Shown: positions 33,554 to 42,223 of the stretch, piece by piece | How positions within the stretch are numbered: the first letter of the stretch is position 1 | Layout of the letters: every line of letters begins with the position of its first letter | Source of the DNA: Neovahlkampfia damariscottae | Lineage: Eukaryota | Assembly: GCA_016618085.1 (NCBI GenBank) | Contig: JABLTG010000168.1 | Span: forward strand, 1-42,223 | Direction of reading: 5' to 3' | Length of the DNA stretch: 42,223 bases | Position numbers and translations under genes: made by a program | Notes under the pieces: generated by a model | What the model was told of the DNA's origin: nothing | The model's database searches: none | The model's input: only the letters and a program-made list of their open reading frames with translations

Positions 33554-34388
33554 TTATTCTTCATCTTGATGCACAAATTCAATATTTTCGTCTTGATTTT
33601 GTGATTCATTTGGGAATAACATTGTTATGAAAAAAGGTGTTTTTAAAAGATTTACATTAAATTCCAATGGTATTAAATCTGAAAAGAAATAATAAACATG
33701 ACCAACCGCTATTCCTAAAATATCAACAAATGGATTTCCACCCATAGCCATAGAAAGACCCAAAAGAATATACGCTAAATATCCAGCTCCTACTGTAAAC
33801 ATACCATATAATCTTAATCGTTCACTAGAAAAAAAAATGGAAATTAAAACTTTCTCAAAAATTTGTTACTGAGGATTTCTTCTACTCCAAATGTATAAAA
33901 CCATCATTACTAAAGAATTGCTTAAAAAAGGTAAACCAAGACCAAGAAGACATGATGAAATGAGCATCGTAACGCACCCAAATAACAACATATAAAAAAA
34001 GTCGGCTGATTTTCCGTGAAATGAATGTTCTTCTAATCTTCGACAATAGAAATACCTAATACATTTAATATCATGATTTATAAATTTACAAAAAATAAAC
34101 ACTAAAGAAAAAGTTGATGCTGAACTTATCAAAAAATAAAAAATTTGTCAATAACCTCCAAAGCTAAAAAAGTAAAAAATATTTTTATAGGAATTACTTG
34201 ATAGTTTTGGAATACCAGTTTGAAATTTAAATATAATTGAAATGGGTTGAGTAGGTCAAAAGTAACAGCAAATGCAGTTATAGTGCATAATGTCAAATAA
34301 GTTCTGGTAACTATTCATATTTTAATCATATTTTTGAGATGTTACTGATAGGAATAGATCTATACCAAATTTCAAAATTGTTTGCCAT
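33554..34388 (-). CDS. DERL2: Derlin (Derlin-2-like)
   Basis: Spliced [21 protein letters not shown]...WRLLTNF...[22 protein letters not shown]...YIWSRRNP...[10 protein letters not shown]. Confidence 0.9.
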
Positions 34389-34496
34389 CGTTCAAACTTA
34401 AAGTTGAGGTCAATACAGATGTTTGTTTTTTATTGGTTGTTAATTTTCCACCAATCAACTCTATTATTTCTTGTTCATTTTTCACTTCACTTATGA

Positions 34497-35278
34497 ATGA
34501 ATGAAAAGACAAAAAATAGAATCAGCAACTTAGCAAAACAAATTTCACCAAAAACAGAACATAAACAAGTCACATCAAAGTTTGAAATTGAAGACGAACT
34601 TGAACAATTAATTGACAGAGCAGAAGAAATTAAAACTGAAAAAAAACAAGAAAAATATGAAGAAAAAAAAGAATTTAAATACTTACCTTATTTAATGGTT
34701 CCAAGTTTCGTTGAAGAATCAACTAAAGCCGGAGAAAATCAAAGAGAAAGAAGAAGAAGAAGAGTGAATATTTTATATGATGTAAATACAGCACGTGCTC
34801 AAACACCTGCATTTTTAGGTAAAAAAAAAATAAAATAAAATCTAAAATAAAAGATGTCTCTCAAGATGACCCAAAAACACCTTTAGCATTTCGATATATC
34901 CGAATTATTTTATTAACTGTATTTCATCTTTAAACTCAATTTATTTTTTAGGCAACTGCCAGAAAAGCTCAAGATATACATTTGGATCAGTATAGTCGTA
35001 GTTGTATGAGTATAACATTCACAACTCAATTAGGTATTTCTGGAAGATTAGTCATTAAAGGAGTAATTGTTCAATCTATAATTTATTATATTGCATTTTA
35101 TGATTTATTAACTTCTGGAAAACCACTTCCAGGACCTGTTAGAGATTATTCTTTGAAAATTAAAGTTAACTCTCATTCATTTTTACAAGGTACACATAAT
35201 GTTTATCGTGTGAATTGTATTAGAACAAATCATGAATTAGGTTTTTATCATATTGTTATGAGAGTTTTACAAAATTAA
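34497..35278 (+). CDS. Hypothetical protein
   Basis: Two short GT-AG introns join ORFs 34497-34838 and 34982-35278 via a small middle exon; CCAAT at 34451. Confidence 0.6.
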
Positions 35279-35314
35279 ATAAAAAAATAAAAAAATTTTT
35301 ATCCAATCATTCTC

Positions 35315-35948
35315 ATGAACCAACAAGAAAAAAAAAATTTGATAAAAGCAGGTGAAGTTGCTTTCAGTCGTATTGAAAAAATAGTATAAGAAAATAATTG
35401 AATAACTTTTGAAAAATAGAATTCTGAGTTATTAACTATGACTTATGGTGCTTTGGTTGTTCAGCTCATGAAAGATTTTGAAAATGTAGATGAAGTAAAT
35501 GTTCAACTTGAAAAAATGTAAAAAAAAAAAAAAATTAATTTTTTAAAGGGGTTATAAAATTGGTATTAGATTAATTGATGAATATATGTCAAAATCAGGA
35601 AGATCAAGTTGTAGAGATTTAAAAGAAACAGCGGAAAGTATCGCAAAAGTTGGTTTTAAAATGTTCTTAAATGTAAACGCTAATGTTTCAAATTGGAATG
35701 AAAAAGAAACAGAATTTATTATTAGTTTTCATGATAATCCTTTAAACGATTTTGTTGAATTACCTGATACTTTACATGGTTTGAATTACTCAAATATTTT
35801 ATGTGGTGTAATTCGTGGTTGTTTAGAAGTTGTTCAAATGAAAGTTGATGTTAAATTTATTAAATGTCCTTTAAAAGGTGATGATCAATCAGAAATTAAA
35901 GTCACTTTAATTGAATACTTGAAAGAAATCATACCAGATGATGAATAA
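35315..35948 (+). CDS. TRAPPC3: TRAPP complex subunit BET3
   Basis: NSELLTMTYGALVVQL..D....VNVQLEKMGYKIGIRLIDE...NPL.DFVELP...YSNILCGVIRGCLE. Confidence 0.95.
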
Positions 35949-36103
35949 ATATTTATTTTGTGAATTTATTTTCTTTTGTGCAGATTATTTTTGTGATGTT
36001 AATTTTCCGAAAATGGTAATTCTCATCACCAAAAACCATCGGAGTTGTTGATTCAGAACAAATTTAGACAAGTCAAGCAAGTAACCAATCATCACTAGAA
36101 ATC

Positions 36104-36804
36104 ATGTCTGAAGAATTTTCTGTTGGTATAGTTGGTCCAAGTACTGCTGGAAAAACAGTATTTTACTTTTTAAGTTAACTCTTCACCAGTCTATAATTAC
36201 ACAACTCATCGAAAATAAATTTATAACTGAACACGAACCTACCATGGAGGAATCCCATTTTTACAAAACTAGAATAGATGGAGAACTTTGTGATTTAACA
36301 ATATATGACACAGGTGGAGCTGAAGAATTTGCAAGTTTAAGAGATGAAATTATTCCAAAAGCCGACTGTTTTTTTTTTGTTATTTCACAAGAAGAAGATT
36401 TATCCAAACAATGGAGCGTAATTTTAAAATTTTTTACCAAAGCACAATTTAGTGTTTGGAAAAAAAACATACCTCCAATCATAATTTTATCAAATAAATC
36501 CGATACCACGAACAAAGCGTACACAACAGAAAAACTAACTTCAATGGCAAAAACATTAGATTTACCATTTCTAGAAACATCAGCAAAAACAGGTGATGGT
36601 ATCAAAGAAGCCTTTAAACAACTCATTGGTATGGGTTTGACACAAAGAAATCCAGATCGTGAACAAAAACAAGTTACAGAACAAGATTCAAATAAAAGAA
36701 AATCACTCTCACAAAGATTATCAATGTCTTTCAAAGGTAAAAAAGTATCTGGTCTGGGTAACAAAAGATCAAGTGGTATTTTTGACATGAAAATAAATTT
36801 TTAA
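36104..36804 (+). CDS. Divergent Ras-family small GTPase, 222 aa
   Basis: Intron 36158-36189; GPSTAGKT, HEPTMEES, DTGGAEEF, NKSD, ETSAK. Confidence 0.88.
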
Positions 36805-36826
36805 ACATTTGTACAAAAAAAAAAAA

Positions 36827-37623
36827 CTATTCTTTTTTATTTATACTTGAAGAAGAAAAATCAATCCATGAAGTCCAAATAAAAAATAATATTAAAATAA
36901 AAATTCCGAAAATGTAATGAAAAATTGAAAGTTCAAAAGTTAACTCAAAAATCAATTCAAATTGAAACATTGAGATAAAGCATAATAGAAGTATAATTTT
37001 CCAATCTATTGAGCTGTTTGAATCAGATGATTGTTTGTACAAATAAAAAAAAAATCCAGGTACAAAAAATAAGTACTCCAAGAATAAATTATAATAATCA
37101 CCATCATTACTATTTATAATTAATATATTATAAATTTACAATTTTGAAAAACCAAAATGAGGTTCTTTATAAGGAAAAATTGCTAAATTTTGACGGAAAA
37201 CTATCAAGTCCAAAAACCAATGACTTATGAAACAAAAAAATAAAGTATATGAATTAAAGTGTTTTGATATGTCTCTTTTCTTTGAATTTAGATATATCTT
37301 GAGATAAAAATTTCAATGTGTTTTTTTGGTTACATTCAGAAAAACAATAAAAATTGATATTAACAAATTTAAAAATAAAGAATGTGAATATTCAAATTCT
37401 ATATAATATGGAAAAATTTTTCCTAATAATTGTTTATCTAGATTCATGAATTCCATTCCTATTATTAAATTTAAAAGCAACAAAAAATCTGGTAGAACAG
37501 AAACGACAAATAACAAACTCAGTGGAATTGTTGAATCCATTCCTTTCAATAGAAAAGCAATTCCTTTTGACAAATAGTGAGAAACATAAAAAAAATACAC
37601 AAACCAAAGTGAGCACCAAACAT
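36827..37623 (-). CDS. Membrane-bound metal-dependent hydrolase-like protein (bacterial-type)
   Basis: After intron 37564-37604 reads MFGAHFGIAFLLK...IPLSLLFVVSVLPDFL...GME...YSHSL...SHWFLDLIV. Confidence 0.7.
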
Positions 37624-37680
37624 TTAAAATGAGGAGTTTATCCAATTGGAGATAGAGAAAAATGATGGAATGGTAATTTT

Positions 37681-39531
37681 TTATTCTTCTTGTTTTTTTT
37701 TCTTATTTTTAAATTGAAAATGTAATTGTCCTTTTTCGTCTACAGTATAATTTGAATCTTTAATTTCACCTTTCTTTACCAAAGTTCTATAAAAATTTGA
37801 ACATTGATATCCACATCTACCTGGTATTTTTGTTGAAAATATACCCCATTGAGCAGCTCCATTGATTTCAAAAGTCTTTAATCTTTCTAAGAATAATTCT
37901 TTTTCTTCAGAAGACCATCCACCTGTTTTTTGTTCTTCATCAGGAGCATTAAATCTATAATAATAAGCATTTGGATTTGTATTTAATTGATCATGTGCTT
38001 TCTTTTTTGCAGGTGACCAACCATTTGTTGATGTAGAATTTTCATCTTCAGATTTCATTTTTTTTGGTGTTTTTGGTTGATCATCATCTGATTTTTCTTC
38101 ATCTCTTTTTCTTTTTTTATTTGGTGATGTGTTCTCTTTTGATATTTTTTTTATTTTTGAAGGTGATTTCATTTCTCTTAATTTTGGTGTTTTCTCTTTT
38201 TTTGTTGATGACTTTGGTGTTTTAATTTCACTTGTATTCTTTTTTTTCTTTGGTGTGGTGAATATTTTACTTGGTTTCTTTTCAATATTTTTATTATCTC
38301 CATCCATTATTTCTTTAACAACATTCACTTTATCCTCTTTCAATTCCTGTTTTTCTTCAACCAATGTTTTTTCATTTGGTTTAATTTCTTCTTCAAATTT
38401 CTTTTCTTCTGTTGTTTCATCTTTCTTTTCTTCAACTTTCTTTTTTGGTATTAACCAATTCATCAAAGACCCTTTCAAAGGTTTAGCATTTGGATCTGAA
38501 TGTGTTGGTTTTTTAAAAATAAAAGAAGTAATTAAAGCATTGTTCTTAAGAGCTGGATCTTTTTTTTTCTTTTTTTTTTCACCAGGTAAATAAAAACCTT
38601 CTTCTTCTTCTTCATAATGTTCTTCACAAACATAACTTTGAACTCTTTTTCTTTGTGGAAAGAAATTCAAAGAATTCTCACCATTTAAATGTTGATGTAT
38701 TTCCAATTCATATTCCATTAATTGTCTTTTAAATCCATCATTTATTCTTGTATCATTATTGGTTATTTTTGAAATATGTTCATAAGCATCTTTTAAAGTC
38801 ATATTTAAGTTTTTCATTGAATAAGCAAGTATCATTGAAACTGATCTACATCTACCTTCTCTACAATGAACTAAAATATTTTCTGCATTTTCAATAAACT
38901 TTACTCCATCTTCAAAATATTTTTTAATATTTTCTTCCATTGAATCATTAATTTCAATTCTTTTATAAGCAAGTGGTTTTAATTGATCAATTTCAATTTC
39001 AATATCATCTTCATCTTCACTTTCTTCCATTTCATCTTTTTTTTCTTGTTTTTTTTGTATTTCTTCAATTGGTTTTTCTTTGGTTGGTTTAGAAATTTCT
39101 AATTCTTGTGGTATTATTATATTTTCAGTTTCTAAAGTTGGAAATTGATCAAATGAAGTTTTAAGTAAATCTACAGGTTCATCATTCATAGCAGCCGATG
39201 ATTCGAAATCAGTTGTCATTATATCTCCAAATCCTAAACTAAGATCATCACCACTTTCAACTACACTCTTGATATTTGTTATTTTTTCTTCTTCTTCATC
39301 AAAATGAAATCCACGAAAAGCTTCTTCAGATTTTTTTATGTTTTCTTCTTCTTGAGCATCTTGAGTTGAATTTGTTTCTTGTGAAGAAAGTGTCAATTGA
39401 GACGGGTTTTCAAAGTAATTTTTTATGTTTGTTGTTACGTTCAATACATGAGTTATATTATTCTTCTTCATAAATTTAAGATTTTTTGCTACATCTTTGT
39501 TGCCCAGATAAACTTTTTCAAAGACTTTCAT
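37681..39531 (-). CDS. Dual-specificity phosphatase with acidic insert, fused to a C-terminal Myb-like domain
   Basis: VYLGN..A.N...ITHVLNVT; ILVHCREGRCRSVSMILAYSM; INDGFKRQLMEYE; NPNAYYYRFN...WSSEEKELF...WGIFSTKIPGRCGYQCSNFYR. Confidence 0.85.
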   Translation of the reverse strand: MKVFEKVYLGNKDVAKNLKFMKKNNITHVLNVTTNIKNYFENPSQLTLSSQETNSTQDAQEEENIKKSEEAFRGFHFDEEEEKITNIKSVVESGDDLSLGFGDIMTTDFESSAAMNDEPVDLLKTSFDQFPTLETENIIIPQELEISKPTKEKPIEEIQKKQEKKDEMEESEDEDDIEIEIDQLKPLAYKRIEINDSMEENIKKYFEDGVKFIENAENILVHCREGRCRSVSMILAYSMKNLNMTLKDAYEHISKITNNDTRINDGFKRQLMEYELEIHQHLNGENSLNFFPQRKRVQSYVCEEHYEEEEEGFYLPGEKKKKKKDPALKNNALITSFIFKKPTHSDPNAKPLKGSLMNWLIPKKKVEEKKDETTEEKKFEEEIKPNEKTLVEEKQELKEDKVNVVKEIMDGDNKNIEKKPSKIFTTPKKKKNTSEIKTPKSSTKKEKTPKLREMKSPSKIKKISKENTSPNKKRKRDEEKSDDDQPKTPKKMKSEDENSTSTNGWSPAKKKAHDQLNTNPNAYYYRFNAPDEEQKTGGWSSEEKELFLERLKTFEINGAAQWGIFSTKIPGRCGYQCSNFYRTLVKKGEIKDSNYTVDEKGQLHFQFKNKKKKQEE

Positions 39532-39637
39532 TGACCAAAATTATTGTGCGCCAAGAAGAATGAAAAAATGTAACGGTATGCTCAACCAATCATTTTAATT
39601 GAGAAATTGACCAATCATCATCATTAGAAATAGTCCA

Positions 39638-39922
39638 ATGGTTCTCACGCAAAGACTTACATCATTTACACTTAAAGATGCATTCAAAAATAGAAACTCT
39701 CAAGGTCTTTTAATGGTCTCAGGAGGTCTTATTGGTGTTTTGGCACTTTTCAATGAATACTTTGTCCACGTTTGAATTTTTTATTTTTCTTAATTTTTTT
39801 TTTTCTTTTAGAAATTATCGAATTATGGAATTGCAGAAAAACAAAAAATTTTGAAAGAATCATTAGTTCCAAAACAAAAACCTGAATATGTTATTGAATG
39901 GGAAAAAAAATACAAAAAATAA
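39638..39922 (+). CDS. Small single-TM protein (80 aa), absent from the ORF track
   Basis: Exons 39638-39769 and 39812-39922 with a 42-nt intron; CCAAT at 39586 and 39611; stop inside AATAAA. Confidence 0.7.
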
Positions 39923-39946
39923 AAGAGAAATGAATATAACAAAAAT

Positions 39947-41611
39947 TTAGTTTTTAATTTCATCCGTAATTTCTTCATCCATAGTTTTCTCTTCTTCATG
40001 AAAATTTGAAGGTTTAAAAATATTTATATTTGTAGCTGAAGTTGTAAGTAAAACATCAGATATCTGTGGATGCCAATGAACTTCTTTAACATCTTGTTGA
40101 CCCTTTAAATTAAAATTTAATAAAAAAAAAAGAAAGAATACCATATGAAGAAACATTAATTGAGGTGGAACTTCATATTTTTCATCAGTATCTTCAGATT
40201 CAACAGATAAATCCCAAACTGTTGTTGAATCATCAGCAGAAGAACAAGCTACAACAGAAGAATCATTTGGATTCCAATCCACTGAGGTAATTTGATCTTG
40301 ATGAAATTTAAATTCTGCAATTGCTTCATGATTTTTTTTTCCAACTGTCCTCAAATCCCATACTCTAAATTTTTTTTAATTTTTTTTTTTTTCTTTACCT
40401 TAAAATACCATCATCATCACCTGATGCTAATAAATTTGTGACTTGTGGATTCCATGCAATTACATTTATATCTGATTCTCCTGCTTTATATTGCATTGCT
40501 GATTTTTTTTTTCTTGTATCCCAAATATGAACAGTTTTATCAGAAGAACAAGAAGCAAATACAGTATCTTCTTTTGGACTAAAACAAATATCTTCTACAG
40601 AACCTTTATGTGATGAAAGTGGATCACCAATTGTCCATTTACCTCCTTGATGAGGATTCCACAATAAGATATTTCCATTACAATCACCTGATGCCAATAA
40701 ACCTGATTTTACAGGTGACCAATTCAAAGCAAATCCTTCAGTTGAATGATATCCAACACAAAGTGGTTTATCTGTGTCTTTTGTTCTGACTAAATTTGTT
40801 AAGTCTTGTTTGATTAATTTTAAATGATTTGAGATATCATAAATATTAACTTTTCCTTCTGCTAGCCAAGAAGCAATTATTGAACTTTTTTGTGGCATTG
40901 CCTGTGAAAAATAAAAATTATGTTATTTTTTGTTACCTTAATTCTGTTGATTTCGGAACTTGTTTTGATAATTCTAGCTTTAACAACTGCATCATCATCA
41001 AGGTCATCTAATTGTTCTTCTTCTTTTTCACTGTCTGAATCATATTCTGTTCTATGTAAACCAGTAACATTGAAAATATAAATTTTGTTATCATCTCTTG
41101 TTTCAGCTTGTGTACCAGCTACAAATGTACAACTCATTGGAAACTTTAAAAGGTTTAGAATTTCTTTTGGTTTACTTTTGTTCTATTGTATCCAAGATCA
41201 TCTCTCAGAACGTCCATTGTAAGACAAGGCCATTCTGTATTTAAACGATGAAACATAGCATATGCAGTGTTACTGAATTCTAATTCTTCTTCTTCTTCAT
41301 CTTTTATTTTATTTTTATTTGGAATGTATGGCTAATGGAAAATTGGTTTAGAATTTTTCATTTTTTAATTTTACAACTGATTCATCTTTTTCTTCTTCTT
41401 CATCTTCAATTTTTAATTCTGTTCCAAATTTTTTGATGAGTGTTTCGGAGTCATCAATTTCATCATCTCTGATAACTTCTTCGTTTTCATCATATTCATC
41501 AGCATATGGGTCTTCATATGAAACATCACTGTCTGTATCCGAGTCTGTATCTAAATGTCTGACGGAACGCTTTTTTGAATCCTCTTTTTTTTTGTGTTTC
41601 TTTTGATCCAT
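39947..41611 (-). CDS. GRWD1: Glutamate-rich WD40 protein GRWD1/Rrb1
   Basis: AYAMFHRLNTEWPCLT.D, VAGTQA, INRIK, H.TEGFALNWSP, SVEDICFSP....FASCSSD, PPQLMFLHMGQQDVKEVHWHPQ; five canonical tiny introns. Confidence 0.93.
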
Positions 41612-41657
41612 TTTGTTTTGTATGAAAAATTTGATTGGACAAGAAATTAAATTTGAC

Positions 41658-41981
41658 ATGCAACAAATAAATTATATTTTGCTGTTCATTTTAAAAAATA
41701 ATCATCAAAGTACGTCATTTAAAAAAATATCATCTCATGATGTCATCTATTTTCAAGAAAATCAAAAACACTTTTTTCAAATTTTCAACTGTCAGTCTTA
41801 TCAATCTCCTAGAAGAACTTTGAGTCCTATTTTTTCAATTTCAAACACCAAATACGACCAATTTGCCAAACTAGAAAATATCAGTCCCACAAAAAATAAA
41901 TATAAAAAAGTCTTGGAATGGACAAAGATCACCACTACGGCCAATGAATTGATGGTTATTGTGATAAAAGTGGCCAATTAG
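41658..41981 (+). other. Possible start of a further gene or decayed ORF at the window end
   Basis: ATG 41658 follows ATTGG (41634-41638), shared with GRWD1; no recognisable motif. Confidence 0.25.
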
Positions 41982-42223
41982 ATTTAATTTTTCCAGTTAT
42001 TTTTAGAATTTTTATTTGAAGTTGTTCAAGTTGAACAAAAAAGACCTTTTGTTCAACTAGAAAATACTGAAAAAGATCTCAAGTATTTAAAATGTCCAAA
42101 TTGGATTCATTTTGGAAAGAAAAAAATGTTACTTCAACATCAACAACAGAAGTGATAAAAAAGAGAAAACTTGAAGAAACAAAAGAAACAGGAAATATGA
42201 AATCAACATATAAACAAGGAAAA

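Noticed and set aside
18108..36046. Recurrent ATCGGA/TCCGA near some promoters (about 18111, 27593, 36038)
   Set aside because: Too few and too variable to separate from chance without genome-wide statistics
1..42223. Alternative genetic code or frameshifting suggested by many fragmented ORFs
   Set aside because: The breaks examined in conserved genes are resolved by short canonical GT-AG introns under the standard code
1..42223. U12-type (AT-AC or GTATCCTT) introns, canonical tRNA, rRNA, CRISPR arrays, intact transposons
   Set aside because: None seen; the introns examined are GT-AG without the U12 donor consensus, and no repeat-spacer array or transposase ORF is present

Overview
A very AT-rich, extremely gene-dense eukaryotic (protist) nuclear region in the standard genetic code. 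The tiny-intron style is reminiscent of heteroloboseans/Discoba, but the sequence alone cannot establish the taxon. About 36 protein genes can be assembled by hand once 27-44 nt GT-AG introns are removed; most fragments in the ORF track are exons of these genes. Most are housekeeping genes: mitoribosomal mL59/mL40, Tim9, RPC11, SmD2, eL38, two YIPF proteins, an MPPE1/Ted1-like protein, TTC39, LETM1, an AFG2-type AAA ATPase, a TRF-like telobox protein, MCMBP, a SET methyltransferase, Derlin, BET3, a Ras-like GTPase and GRWD1. Window-wide features are a CCAAT box 6-85 nt from virtually every ATG (often shared by divergent pairs), stop codons embedded in AATAAA, and convergent genes that nearly touch or overlap. 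The most interesting items are: (i) an accessory-looking first 3 kb with an intact predicted CAE/CxxC zinc deaminase next to a decayed Crinkler/RHS-type nuclease fragment; (ii) an unannotated ~138-nt GC-rich structured RNA with tRNA-like A/B boxes at 19.9-20.06 kb; (iii) an unexplained 12.8-13.0 kb spacer carrying a hairpin and a possible CxU selenoprotein ORF with a SECIS-like stem; (iv) unusual domain fusions (CH-SAH-DIL and split DSP-Myb) and genes hidden by introns (a PAS protein and an 80-aa membrane protein). All protein family calls come from motif recognition by eye, not database searches.
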